Shown in pieces: positions 21,040 to 31,415 of a stretch of DNA of 64,000 nucleotides. The stretch lies in the NCBI GenBank assembly GCA_043806135.1, contig JAZDHG010000016.1:42110-106109 (forward strand), in the 5' to 3' direction. This DNA comes from Candidatus Omnitrophota bacterium (lineage in GTDB: Bacteria > Omnitrophota > Gorgyraeia > B26-G9). Below the pieces are notes generated by a model, which ran no database searches, was not told where the DNA came from, and worked only from the letters and a program-made list of their open reading frames with translations. Within the stretch, counting starts at the first letter, position 1, and each line of letters opens with the position of its first letter. Both the position numbers and the translations under genes were made by a program.

Positions 21040-21516
21040 TTGGGGGTTATTTTGTCAGGACGAAAAATTACGGTGTTGGGTATCGGGAATCTTCTACTTA
21101 AAGATGAGGGGGTAGGCATACATGCTATCAATGCTTTGAAGAAAGAAATGCTTCCTAAGAATGTAGAACTTGTAGACGGAGGAGTAGCCGGATTTGACCT
21201 TTTACCAATAGTTGAGAGTTGCGATAAACTGATTGTTATCGATGCGATCAAGACATCGGATGCTCCGGGTACAATATATAAATTTGACCCGCAGCATATA
21301 GATATTCAAAAGGACGCAAATATTTCTTTGCATGATATGGATTTTTTTCAGGTTTTGGAATTCGCAAAAAAACATAAAAGATTGCCTTTAACGCAAATGA
21401 TTGCTGTTGTGCCCAAAGAAATCGAAGCGGGCATGGATTTGACGCCTGAGCTACAAGAAAAGATACCGGAAATAGTTGCGCTGATAAAAGAGGAAATAAA
21501 TTCTAAAGCTGTTTAA
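21040..21516 (+). CDS. Hydrogenase maturation protease (HyaD/HybD family)
   Basis: GIGNLLLKDEGVG, VDGG, IDA and SLH motifs. Confidence 0.92.
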   Translation: MGVILSGRKITVLGIGNLLLKDEGVGIHAINALKKEMLPKNVELVDGGVAGFDLLPIVESCDKLIVIDAIKTSDAPGTIYKFDPQHIDIQKDANISLHDMDFFQVLEFAKKHKRLPLTQMIAVVPKEIEAGMDLTPELQEKIPEIVALIKEEINSKAV

Positions 21517-21537
21517 AAATGTATTTCAACTAGGGGA

Positions 21538-22203
21538 GTGAATGAAGTCAAGTCCCCAGGGGGTTTTATTTTTTATTTGCGGATGCCTCGGGTTGATCGT
21601 ATAATATGTCTGGTATTTGCGCAGCAAACAGATACGGCTGCAGATAGGACGCTGGAAAATCAAGAGGCTTTGCCAACCAGGACAACAGACTCAACCGGAC
21701 AAATGATAATGCCGGTTGAACCAGGGCAAGCAACATCTTCGCAGACAATAGTTGTAGCTGAACCGCAGGCAGAACCTGCCGGGCAAATGGTCGTTCCGGT
21801 TATGCTAACTCCTCCGGCAGAACAGGTTGAAAAACCAGCTGTTGAGGAAGTAATACCTTATGCAGGGGCTGATACATGTAAGCCTTGTCATCCTAAGCAA
21901 TACGAAAACCAGAATGAGCTTAATTTTTCTAAGTCTTGGAAAATACTGAAGATGCGCAAAGAGGAAAATAAGCCCCAGTGCATTAAATGCTATGCTGCAG
22001 GAGCAGGCAGGCCTGGCGGGTTTATTTCAGCAGAAAGAACGCCTCATTTGACGGACAAACAATGTGAAGTCTGCTACGGCCCAGGAGACAGACATGTGAA
22101 AAATCCGGCAGAGCGGCAGAGGCTAAAGAGTTCCGTAAAAGAAAAAAATATTTGTCTTGAATGTCATCTTTGCATGACAACGCACAGGACGGTAAGGTTC
22201 TGA
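21538..22203 (+). pseudogene. Cytochrome c554-like multihaem cytochrome, probably decaying
   Basis: CKPCH and CLECH are intact; CIKCY and CEVCY lack His. A signal-like N-terminus from ATG 21542 stops at 21604 and is out of frame with the body. Confidence 0.6.
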
Positions 22204-22221
22204 TCCATAGTATATTTTTTC

Positions 22222-22250
22222 TTGACAAAAAATACGATTAATGTTAATTT
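22222..22250 (+). promoter_or_regulatory. Sigma70-type promoter of the porin gene
   Basis: TTGACA-17 bp-TAATTT with an extended TG. Confidence 0.5.
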
Positions 22251-22513
22251 ATTAACTTAATAAGAAATAAACTCGTTATATTTTCGAGGTTATTTAATAT
22301 AAGTGATATTCATCATATCTGATTTTAATTTGGGCAAAAAAAGGGGGTGGTGGATCAACAGCCGCCGGAAGTTATAAGCATATGATGATAATGGAGCGCA
22401 TAGAGAAAATAATCTAGGCAGCTATAGTTAAAAAGAAAAACCAGGCTATAGACCTAGTTAAATAAATTCAGGGTTTAACAATTGGTTTAAGTCAAAATAG
22501 GAGGGATCATAAT

Positions 22514-23824
22514 ATGAAGCGTATGTTAATTGTGTTGTTAGCATTGAGCATGGTTGCGGTTATTGCAATGCCTGCCTTTGCTGAAGTGCAGAACATCAAG
22601 GTAACAGGATCTGTTCTTGTTAGAGGATTTCATCGTGATAATTATAGTACAACAGGGTCTGGCGCCGCCCGTGCTTTGACTGGTTTTACAGAAACAGGGT
22701 CAAGTGACTGGTACAATACTCAGACAAAAATAGGCGTGGCCGCGGATCTTACGGATAATGTTGGCGCCGCAGTTGTGCTTGGCAATGAAAGAGATTGGGC
22801 GGCTGCAGTTGGAACTAATGAAGGAACCACAGTGAACTTAAGAAGCTCTTATATCACTATAAAGGAAATGCTCTATTCTCCGCTGACAGTGAAAATCGGA
22901 AGAATGCCTGTAAAAGTTGCTGACGGCTTAGTCGTCGGCGATGGGACTACCGGAGAAACTGTCATGGCTTCAGATTATGCTGACAGCAAGGAATACGACG
23001 CGATTGTGGGTGTGTTGGATTATGATCCGTTAACCTTAGTTCTTGGAACAGCAAAAACAGCAGAAAGGCTTCAAAATGCCGGTGATGATGCTGATTTGTA
23101 TTTAATTGATGCTATCTACAAATTTGGCGATGACATGAACACTGTGCTTGACGCCTATTACTGCCAGGCGCACTATAGCTCACCAGGAGCTGCAAATAGT
23201 GCTGGTTGGACAAATTCAAGTACAACCGGTGTTGATATCAATATATTAGCAGCCATGGTTACCTTGGAACCAAAGGAAAGATTGACCGCAAAAATCGGTA
23301 TTGCTTTACAAAAGGGCGATTACATTAAGAATACTACGACCTCAAGAGATCTTGATGCTATGGCATATGATCTCGGGTTAAATTATGCTCTGGAAAATGA
23401 ATATTCACCAGTAGTGGGTTTAAAATATGTGTATCGTTCTGGCATGGAAGATGCAACTACAGCTGCCGGCGATTACGAAGGCTGGTTAGCCTTAACGGAA
23501 GATCAGACCAATGGTGTCATCTATGACCCGAACACAAATATCAGCGCGATTGCTCTAAGTGCAACCGCAGCTCCCGCAGACAGAGTTACGGTAGGAGTGG
23601 AATACTGGTTGTATAGCTTAGCTCAGTCGCAGAATGCAGTAACAAGTACTACTTCCACAGATAAAGAAGCCGGGACAGAACTTGACTTAATGGCGAAATA
23701 TGCTTACACAGAAGACGTAAGTATCGGTCTTAACCTGGCATGGTTCTGGCCGGGAGATTACTATGTAGGCGGTAATGACGAAACAGCAATGCAGGCTATG
23801 CTTGAACTTGGTGTAAAGTTTTAA
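22514..23824 (+). CDS. Outer-membrane porin, alginate-export-like
   Basis: Signal peptide AFA-EVQNIK; beta-strand pattern; G.ELDL..KY motif; terminal Phe. Confidence 0.75.
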   Translation: MKRMLIVLLALSMVAVIAMPAFAEVQNIKVTGSVLVRGFHRDNYSTTGSGAARALTGFTETGSSDWYNTQTKIGVAADLTDNVGAAVVLGNERDWAAAVGTNEGTTVNLRSSYITIKEMLYSPLTVKIGRMPVKVADGLVVGDGTTGETVMASDYADSKEYDAIVGVLDYDPLTLVLGTAKTAERLQNAGDDADLYLIDAIYKFGDDMNTVLDAYYCQAHYSSPGAANSAGWTNSSTTGVDINILAAMVTLEPKERLTAKIGIALQKGDYIKNTTTSRDLDAMAYDLGLNYALENEYSPVVGLKYVYRSGMEDATTAAGDYEGWLALTEDQTNGVIYDPNTNISAIALSATAAPADRVTVGVEYWLYSLAQSQNAVTSTTSTDKEAGTELDLMAKYAYTEDVSIGLNLAWFWPGDYYVGGNDETAMQAMLELGVKF

Positions 23825-23840
23825 ACTGATTTGAAATATA

Positions 23841-23874
23841 AGCCCTCGCCGGTTTCTCCGGCGGGGGCTTTTTT
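23841..23874 (+). terminator. Rho-independent terminator
   Basis: AGCCCTCGCCGG-tttct-CCGGCGGGGGCT followed by a T tract. Confidence 0.85.
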
Positions 23875-23957
23875 ATGCCTGTTACAAGCAGTACTCTGTA
23901 TAACCGGAAAATTCCGTTTTGCGTTAGTGAAAAATAATTTTAGTAAAAACATTTTTT

Positions 23958-24010
23958 GGTTCTTTCTTGTTTAAGTTGTAACGAAAGAACCTGATTGCAC
24001 CGATATACTA
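23958..24010. repeat. MITE family A fragment
   Basis: GGTTCTTTCTTGTTTAAGTTG...GAAAGAACCTGATTGCACCGAT, nearly identical to 34507-34553. Confidence 0.7.
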
Positions 24011-24309
24011 TTTTTCCTAAAATGAAGGTTTAAGATTTAAGACTAGTCTTATAAGCAAAAAAGCGATAAGACGATGGATGAATTATAGGCTTATCCCGGA
24101 TATCCCGCCTTTTAGGTGAAATCTTCATCTGCATCTCCCCGTTTTGCCTAGGGTTAGCTTTGTAACTTCACAGAGAAAGGCCGGCTGATTAAATCGGGGA
24201 TAAGGTAAAGCGCATAAGTTCCTTTTGATAATATGCCTCCTGCTCTTGTTCCTGTTTTTTGATATATTTGTATCTTGAAAAACATTTTAATTTCTGCAGG
24301 ATTTTCTGC

Positions 24310-24338
24310 TTGACACTTTGTACTTTTTTAAGTATTAT
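24310..24338 (+). promoter_or_regulatory. Sigma70-type promoter of the chemotaxis operon
   Basis: TTGACA-17 bp-TATTAT. Confidence 0.65.
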
Positions 24339-24397
24339 AAAGAATAACATAACTTATTTTTTTGCAACTTGTTCAGCCAAAATAAAAGGGGGACGAA

Positions 24398-26104
24398 GTG
24401 TTTAAATTTTTGCCAAAAAATCTAGAGTTTAAGATTTTATCTTGGGTAGGGATAGCGTTGATTGTTATTTTGGGATTGATGTCAATAATTACGGTTGCAT
24501 TTCAACACAGCACTTCCCTTACGCAGGAACACAGGCTCTCTGGAACATTAGCCCGTAGTATTTTAAATGCTATCCGCTATCCTCTGCTCGGGGGAGACCA
24601 GAAAGTGGTGCAGAAAATTTTTAATTACCTGATCGATCAGGAAGAGATAGTTCATCTTTACCTGACAGACAATGATGGAAAAATTAAATGCAGTACCAAG
24701 AAAGAGAAAATCGGTAAATTTATCAATTTTAACGAAATTATTAAAAGGATCGAGACAAGCAAGGATAAGTGCTTACAGGAATCGACGGTCCTTAAGGGAG
24801 GAACTGCTCAGAAGGTTTTTAGTACATATATTCCTGTTTATAATGAGCCTGAATGTAATAGCTGTCATGGTAAAAACGATGAAGTTCTGGGAATATTAGG
24901 GGTAGATCTTAAAATGGATCTACTCTTGGCAGCGATGCGCGGAATCACATCCAGAGGGATTTTTCTCGCTGTACTTGGTACTCTTATCATAAGCTTCTTG
25001 ATCTTGGTATTGCTGCGCAAACTGGTTATCATCCCGGTAAAAAAACTGGTACAGGCAAGTGTGCCGGCAACCAAGGGGGATTTGACCCAGATCGTGGATA
25101 TCGATAGCGAAGATGAAATAGGTCTTCTCGGCCGCTCCTATAACACCATTATAAATAATGTTCATAATATGGTTTGCAGCATCAGAGATCTTGCTTCGAA
25201 AGTTTCCAGTTTCGCTCAAGAGATATCAACATCATCCAAGGAAATGAATGCTTCTACCCAGGAAATATCCGCGACTATTCAAAAGATTGCCAAAGGTGTT
25301 ACTACTCAGGCAAAAAGAGTTGAGGATACTTCCCGTTTAATGGAGGCCATGTCCAGTTCTGTACGCCGGGTTGCTGAGAATGCTCAGTTAGCTACAGCGG
25401 CATCTGAAAAATCACTTAGTCAGGCTGAAAGCGGCGGAATCGCTACACATGAGGCGGTAGAAAAGATGAATAAAATCACAACTACTGTTTCCAATGCGGC
25501 TGCTGTTGTTCAATCTTTGGGTGAAAAATCTCAACAGATCGGACAGATCACAGAGACGATCACAAATATTGCTGATCAGACAAATCTGCTTGCGCTTAAT
25601 GCCGCGATTGAGGCTGCGCGCGCAGGAGAGGCCGGGCGCGGTTTTGCGGTTGTTGCGGAAGAAGTTCGTAAGCTTGCAGAGGGATCGGCTGAAGCGGCAA
25701 GAAGGATAGGGGCGTTGATAAAAGGTATTCAGATTGAGACGCCTAAAGCGGTTAAGTCGATCGAAGCAGGGACCAAAGAGGTTAATGAAGGTGCCTTGAT
25801 CGTATCGAGAGTTTCTGATTCGTTGACTGAAATTATTGAAACAGCACAACTGGCAGCGTCAAAGGTTAAGGAAATCACTACTGCTACTGAGACGCAGCTT
25901 TCCAATTCAGAGAAGATTGTTAAAGCCGTGGATGAAGTTGCTGTAGTTGCCGAAGAATCTGCTTCGGCAACAGAGCAGGCATCAAGTTCCGCACAAGAAC
26001 AGACAGCTTCCATGGAAGAGTTGACGGCTTCAGCAGAAGAACTGGCGCGGTTGTCTCTGGATTTGCAGGGCTTTGTCGGCAAATTCAAATTAAAAGATAA
26101 GTAA
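24398..26104 (+). CDS. Methyl-accepting chemotaxis protein with periplasmic c-type haem motif
   Basis: Two TMs, periplasmic CNSCH, HAMP domain, [27 protein letters not shown]. Confidence 0.95.
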   Translation: MFKFLPKNLEFKILSWVGIALIVILGLMSIITVAFQHSTSLTQEHRLSGTLARSILNAIRYPLLGGDQKVVQKIFNYLIDQEEIVHLYLTDNDGKIKCSTKKEKIGKFINFNEIIKRIETSKDKCLQESTVLKGGTAQKVFSTYIPVYNEPECNSCHGKNDEVLGILGVDLKMDLLLAAMRGITSRGIFLAVLGTLIISFLILVLLRKLVIIPVKKLVQASVPATKGDLTQIVDIDSEDEIGLLGRSYNTIINNVHNMVCSIRDLASKVSSFAQEISTSSKEMNASTQEISATIQKIAKGVTTQAKRVEDTSRLMEAMSSSVRRVAENAQLATAASEKSLSQAESGGIATHEAVEKMNKITTTVSNAAAVVQSLGEKSQQIGQITETITNIADQTNLLALNAAIEAARAGEAGRGFAVVAEEVRKLAEGSAEAARRIGALIKGIQIETPKAVKSIEAGTKEVNEGALIVSRVSDSLTEIIETAQLAASKVKEITTATETQLSNSEKIVKAVDEVAVVAEESASATEQASSSAQEQTASMEELTASAEELARLSLDLQGFVGKFKLKDK

Positions 26105-26196
26105 GCATTTTGGTTTTATGATTAATCTAAAGTAAATGGCGTTGGGAGTGTTAAATCACATGCCAGGGAACATCTGGATTTGAGGAGGTAGCGGAT

Positions 26197-26709
26197 ATGG
26201 CTGATAAGGGCAAGATAAAAGAAGAAGTTCAGTTGGTTGTTTTTAAGATCGGGGATGAAGAATTCGGAGTAGAAATCAATCAGGTAAGAGAAATTGTTAA
26301 GCTTGTTTCGATCACCCGGATGCCGAAGGCTCCTGTGTTTATTGAAGGGGTTGTGAACTTAAGAGGGCAGATAATCACGGTAATTGATCTTGCCAAAAGG
26401 CTTGATCTGCCTTCAACGGGCAGGACAGATTCTACGAGAATTATGGTTGTTGAAGTTGGGGAAGATACCGTAGGGATGATCGTTGATTCGGTTTCTGAAG
26501 TATTGCGGCTTTCTACGGATAATATAGAAGATACCCCTGCGCTTATTGAGACAGAGGTCCATGAAAAATACCTGAGAGGCGTGGGTAAAAGTGAAGATAG
26601 ATTGCTGATTTTGCTTGACTTAAACGAAGTGTTGAGCACGGACGAGATCAAGCATATTTCAAAGCATGTCGAAACAATGAAGGATAGTGTAAAAAAAGAA
26701 GAAAAATAA
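26197..26709 (+). CDS. cheW: Chemotaxis adaptor CheW
   Basis: GVVNLRGQIITVIDL and GMIVDSVSEV motifs. Confidence 0.95.
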   Translation: MADKGKIKEEVQLVVFKIGDEEFGVEINQVREIVKLVSITRMPKAPVFIEGVVNLRGQIITVIDLAKRLDLPSTGRTDSTRIMVVEVGEDTVGMIVDSVSEVLRLSTDNIEDTPALIETEVHEKYLRGVGKSEDRLLILLDLNEVLSTDEIKHISKHVETMKDSVKKEEK

Positions 26710-26733
26710 ACAAGGAAAGGGAGGAGCAAGAAC

Positions 26734-27108
26734 ATGGGAGTAAAAGTTTTAGTTGTTGATGATGCTGTTTTTATGCGTAAAATGATTGGCGATATCCTTA
26801 AAAAAGAAGGATATGAGGTTGCCGGAGAAGCTGAGAACGGTAAAGAGGCTGTGGATAAGTATACAGAGCTTTCTCCGGACTTAGTGACTATGGATATAGT
26901 TATGCCCAAAGTGGGAGATATCGACGGGATCGGGGCAGTTAAGCAGATAATGCAAAAAGATGGAAAAGCTAAGATTCTTATGGTAAGCGCTATGGGACAG
27001 CATGCATTGGTTGTGGAGGCAATTCAAGCAGGAGCAAAAGATTTTGTAACTAAGCCGTTCCAGCCTTCACGCGTACTTGAAGCTGCAAAGCGTGTTTTGG
27101 AAAGCTAA
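26734..27108 (+). CDS. cheY: Chemotaxis response regulator CheY
   Basis: Single receiver domain (VVDD, MDIVMP, KPF) within the che operon. Confidence 0.92.
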   Translation: MGVKVLVVDDAVFMRKMIGDILKKEGYEVAGEAENGKEAVDKYTELSPDLVTMDIVMPKVGDIDGIGAVKQIMQKDGKAKILMVSAMGQHALVVEAIQAGAKDFVTKPFQPSRVLEAAKRVLES

Positions 27109-27168
27109 TCTTAAAAACACCACTAAAATATTTTTTCTTTGTTTGTTTAAAACAGGGGTGTTTATAAT

Positions 27169-27780
27169 TTGTCAAAAGATAAAATTATTTTAACTGATAA
27201 GCAAAAAGATGTTTTAAAAGAGATGGCCAACATTTGCGCCGGGAACGCGGCGACGTCTTTGTCTCAATTGCTTAATAAAAGAATTGAGATGAATGTGCCG
27301 CATGTTGAGTTTATACCTGTTTCTTCTGTACCTGAGGCTGTTGGCGGTGCCGAAACATTGGTAGTTGGAGTTGTTTTTCAGGTTTTTGGTGATGCTCCCG
27401 GGGTAATTCTTCTTCTTTTCCCCCAGCAAGATGCTCATGTTCTTGCAGAAATACTTACCGGAAAGAACAATATTAACGGAATATTCACAGAAATGGATCA
27501 ATCGGCAATTAAGGAAGCTGGAAGCATCCTTTCTGGAGCATACTTGAATACGCTTACTGCATTCACCCAGTTGGGGCTGATACCTTCAACGCCGGGTATA
27601 GTAGTAGATATGGCTGGTGCATTGATAGATGATATTCTTATCGAGCTCGCTGCAGTTACCGAATATGCGTTATTGATCGATTCGGAATTTATTGATGCTG
27701 AGAAGAGCGTTAAAGGGCATTTCTTTTTACTACCCAATCCTGGAAGTTTAGAAGCAATTTTATCTGCAATCGGAGCATAA
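27169..27780 (+). CDS. cheC: CheY-P phosphatase CheC
   Basis: EMANICAGNAATSLS and DMAGA motifs. Confidence 0.9.
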   Translation: MSKDKIILTDKQKDVLKEMANICAGNAATSLSQLLNKRIEMNVPHVEFIPVSSVPEAVGGAETLVVGVVFQVFGDAPGVILLLFPQQDAHVLAEILTGKNNINGIFTEMDQSAIKEAGSILSGAYLNTLTAFTQLGLIPSTPGIVVDMAGALIDDILIELAAVTEYALLIDSEFIDAEKSVKGHFFLLPNPGSLEAILSAIGA

Positions 27781-27781
27781 A

Positions 27782-28276
27782 ATGGATTATGAGACAAACG
27801 AATTTCATGTCGGAATGGCTGACTCGAAAAGCGCGAAAGCACCTACTGTCCTTACATCATTAGGTCTTGGTTCCTGTGTGGGAGTTGTCTTATATTATGC
27901 CCGAGAGAAAATAGGCGGACTTGCCCATATAATGCTGCCGGAAATTGAATTAGTAAAGAACAAATCTAACCGGGCAAAATTTGCCAATACGGCAATCCCG
28001 GATCTGTTGGAAAAAATGGAAGCCCTTGGTGCGGACAGGCGTTTTGTGAAAGCTAAAATTATGGGCGGTGCGCATATGTTTGGGTTTTCTAAAACAAATA
28101 AAATTTTTAATATAGGGGAACGTAATATTGAAAAAACCAGGGAAGTATTGCAATCATTGAATATTAGGATTGCCGCTGAAGATGTCGGCGGATCTCATGG
28201 CCGGTCGCTTTATTTTTACTTGGAGACAGGCGATGTAAGAGTAAGAACAATTGCTCATGGAGAGAGAACATTATGA
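27782..28276 (+). CDS. cheD: Chemoreceptor glutamine deamidase CheD
   Basis: LGSCVG, AHIMLP, GGAHMF and EDVGG..GR motifs. Confidence 0.95.
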   Translation: MDYETNEFHVGMADSKSAKAPTVLTSLGLGSCVGVVLYYAREKIGGLAHIMLPEIELVKNKSNRAKFANTAIPDLLEKMEALGADRRFVKAKIMGGAHMFGFSKTNKIFNIGERNIEKTREVLQSLNIRIAAEDVGGSHGRSLYFYLETGDVRVRTIAHGERTL

Positions 28277-29316
28277 TTCGAGTCCTTATTGTTGATGACT
28301 CAGCTTTGATGCGCAGACGTATCAGCGATATTTTGAGTTTAGATAGCGAAATTGAGGTCCTGGATTGTGCAAAAACCGGGGCAGAAGCTATTAAAAAAGC
28401 CGTGAAAATGAAGCCGGATGTGATAACACTGGATCTGTCCATGCCGGATATCGATGGATTAACTGCGCTTACTTATATAATGACTGAGGTGCCGACACCG
28501 GTTGTTATTATCAGCGCGAACGCGTCTGCAGGCGGGGCCAACGCATTAAAGGCATTAGAGCTTGGAGCGGTAGAAATTGTGAATAAGCCAAGCGGCGAAA
28601 TATCGCTTGATATAGAAAACGTTGATCAGGAAATTGTACGTAAAGTAAAATCAGCCAGCAAGGTAGATGTTAAGAGAGTCAGGGCTGTTTTTAATATGTT
28701 TAAAAATATAGCGCCTGCCGTACAGCCCAAGGTGCCGGCTGGTTTAAATAAGATCGTAGCTATAGGGGCTTCTACCGGAGGTCCGAAAGCAATTAAAGAA
28801 ATACTTCCTTATTTTGCAGCGGACATTCCGGCGGCATTTTTGTTTGTGCAGCATATGCCGGCAGGGTTTACCCGTTCTATGGCGGAAAGATTAAACTGGC
28901 TGACAAAGATTGACGTAAAAGAAGCTGAAGAAGGTGATATAATCCAGGCCGGGCACGGATATATCGCACCGGGTGATTTTCATATGGTTGTGGAAATGCA
29001 TAATAATAATGCGGTTATACGTCTAAACACAGGTCCGAAAGTTAACAGAGTTCGCCCTTCAATATCTGTAATGATGGATTCTGTGGTTAAGATCTTTGGA
29101 GCAAAGACAATAGGCGTTTTACTTACAGGGATGGGGCAGGACGGCGTGTCGGGCATGAGAAATATTAAAAATGCGGGGGGATTAACATTGGCTGAGGATA
29201 AATCCAGCTGTGTTGTCTATGGGATGCCGCGGGTAGCGATAGAAGAAGGAATTGTAGATAAGGTTTTACCTATATCGCATATGGGCCTTGAAATAATGAA
29301 GCATATTAAGATATAA
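28273..29316 (+). CDS. cheB: Chemotaxis methylesterase CheB
   Basis: Receiver domain plus GASTGGP, QHMP and LTGMGQDG. Confidence 0.95.
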   Translation: MIRVLIVDDSALMRRRISDILSLDSEIEVLDCAKTGAEAIKKAVKMKPDVITLDLSMPDIDGLTALTYIMTEVPTPVVIISANASAGGANALKALELGAVEIVNKPSGEISLDIENVDQEIVRKVKSASKVDVKRVRAVFNMFKNIAPAVQPKVPAGLNKIVAIGASTGGPKAIKEILPYFAADIPAAFLFVQHMPAGFTRSMAERLNWLTKIDVKEAEEGDIIQAGHGYIAPGDFHMVVEMHNNNAVIRLNTGPKVNRVRPSISVMMDSVVKIFGAKTIGVLLTGMGQDGVSGMRNIKNAGGLTLAEDKSSCVVYGMPRVAIEEGIVDKVLPISHMGLEIMKHIKI

Positions 29317-29329
29317 AAGGATTTAACAA

Positions 29330-31357
29330 ATGGGAGTTGAGCAATATAGAACATTATTTGTTGCCGAATCTGAAGAGCATTTGCAAATAATAAATAATGC
29401 TGTACTTGTTTTAGAAAAAGACCCTCAGAATACAAAAATTTTAAACGAGATTTTCCGCAGTGTACATACTTTAAAGGGCATGTCGGCCACGATGGGGTTT
29501 GAGGCTCTTACAAAATTGACCCATAAGATGGAAGACGTCCTTGATATCTTTAGAACCCAAAAGATCGCTGTTGCTATAGAGGTTGTTGACAGCTTGTTTG
29601 ATTGTTTGGATATGCTCCAAATGCTGCTGGATGAGATAAAACAGGAAAAGGATTTAAAATTAGATGTTGATGAGATTATTGTCCGGCTTGAGAGTGTCAT
29701 TCCTTCAATCTCAGAGATAAAACAGGCTAAAGTAGAAGTAAGGAAAGAAATATGTTTGACTTCTTTGGAAAAGCAAAACCTGAGCAGTGTATTTGCCGAC
29801 CGGAAGTCAAAAATTTATGTAATAGAGATATATCTTAGCGCTGATTGTCAGTTAAAATCAGTGCGGGTTTTTATGATTTTTCATAAGCTTGAACAAATCG
29901 GTGAAGTCATAAAATCTGCCCCTTCGATCGAAGATATGGAAATGAACCGGCTGGGACAGGTGTTTTCCCTGCTGTTTTTGAGTAGCTTATCAAAGAAAAA
30001 GATTGAAGAAGTCTTGAAGATGGTAATGGAAGTTGAAAAGGTCGTTGTAAATCATATTTTGGATATAGATGAGTTGCCGGAGGAAAAGAACAATACCCTT
30101 GAAACTAATGTCACCTTGGCTGTTAATAAAAACAAGGCAGAAGACGCAGCGCAGCAGCTAAGCTTTAAAAAAATACAAAGCATCAGGGTCAGTACGCAGC
30201 GACTGGATAAGCTTATGAATTTTGTCGGGGAGCTGGTAATATCCAAAATTCGCCTTATGCAGATTGCCAAGACGTATCAGCTTAAGACATTAAATGAGAT
30301 TTTGACGAGTATAGACCGCCTGACCAGTGATTTGCAGGATGAGGTAATGCAGGCTCGCCTTATACCTATGTCTCAGGTTTTTGACCGCTTTCCGCGAATG
30401 GTAAGGGATCTTGCGCGCAGTGAAAAAAAACAGATCAATCTGGAAGTTACGGGCGGAGAGATAGAGCTTGATAGAACGGTCCTTGATGAAATAGCTGATC
30501 CATTGGTGCATCTTTTGCGAAACAGCATTGATCATGGGATTGAATTGCCGCGGGATCGCAAGGCAAAGAATAAAAGCCTGGTGGGCACAATAAAGTTGTC
30601 TGCTTTGAGAGAACGGACATATGTGTTGATACGGGTCTCTGATGACGGTAAGGGGATCAATCCGAACAAATTGCGTAACATCGCTGTAAAGAAGGGGTTT
30701 ATGGAGGAAGAAGAAGCTAGTAAAACAAGCGATATGGATATGCTTAATATCATTCTTCTTCCAGGATTCAGCTCCGCAACAGAGATAACAGATACCTCAG
30801 GCCGCGGAGTAGGCATGGATGTTGTAAAGACAAAAGTAGAATCTTTAGGCGGAAGCCTTGTGTTTGATTCCGAGGTTGACAAGGGAAGCAATTTTAACTT
30901 AAAACTGCCGCTTACAGTTGCTATTATCAAAGCAATGCTCGTGAAAGTGAATAATGAGATTTATGCTGTTCCGATAGCAAATATTGCCGAAACAGTAAAA
31001 GTTAAAAAGAGTAAGATCAAACATATAGAAAAATTTGAAGTAATAAATTTGCGTAATGAAGTTCTTCCATTGCTTCGTTTGGGAAACGCTTTGAAAAGCC
31101 TGGATTTTAATTCCTTACAAAATGATGATGAGGCTCAGGCAAAGGAGCAGAAGGAAGATCAAGAGACCGCTATCGTGGTTGTGGAGAGCGGTACGAAAAA
31201 AGCAGGACTGATTGTGGACCAGGTATTAGGACAACAGGAAGTCGTTATAAAATCAGTCGGAACTTTCTTAAAGGGGATCAAGGGATTTGCAGGGGCAACG
31301 ATATTGGGGGACGGAAGAGTGGCATTAATCCTTGATGTTGCCACTTTAATTGGTTAG
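29330..31357 (+). CDS. cheA: Chemotaxis histidine kinase CheA
   Basis: FRSVHTLKG Hpt, P2 domain, HLLRNSIDHG, SGRGVGMDVV and a CheW-like P5 domain. Confidence 0.97.
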   Translation: MGVEQYRTLFVAESEEHLQIINNAVLVLEKDPQNTKILNEIFRSVHTLKGMSATMGFEALTKLTHKMEDVLDIFRTQKIAVAIEVVDSLFDCLDMLQMLLDEIKQEKDLKLDVDEIIVRLESVIPSISEIKQAKVEVRKEICLTSLEKQNLSSVFADRKSKIYVIEIYLSADCQLKSVRVFMIFHKLEQIGEVIKSAPSIEDMEMNRLGQVFSLLFLSSLSKKKIEEVLKMVMEVEKVVVNHILDIDELPEEKNNTLETNVTLAVNKNKAEDAAQQLSFKKIQSIRVSTQRLDKLMNFVGELVISKIRLMQIAKTYQLKTLNEILTSIDRLTSDLQDEVMQARLIPMSQVFDRFPRMVRDLARSEKKQINLEVTGGEIELDRTVLDEIADPLVHLLRNSIDHGIELPRDRKAKNKSLVGTIKLSALRERTYVLIRVSDDGKGINPNKLRNIAVKKGFMEEEEASKTSDMDMLNIILLPGFSSATEITDTSGRGVGMDVVKTKVESLGGSLVFDSEVDKGSNFNLKLPLTVAIIKAMLVKVNNEIYAVPIANIAETVKVKKSKIKHIEKFEVINLRNEVLPLLRLGNALKSLDFNSLQNDDEAQAKEQKEDQETAIVVVESGTKKAGLIVDQVLGQQEVVIKSVGTFLKGIKGFAGATILGDGRVALILDVATLIG

Positions 31358-31415
31358 GTTTATTTTTCATAATAATCTTAATCATTGATTTTTAACTCTT
31401 AAGGAGGGAAACAAA

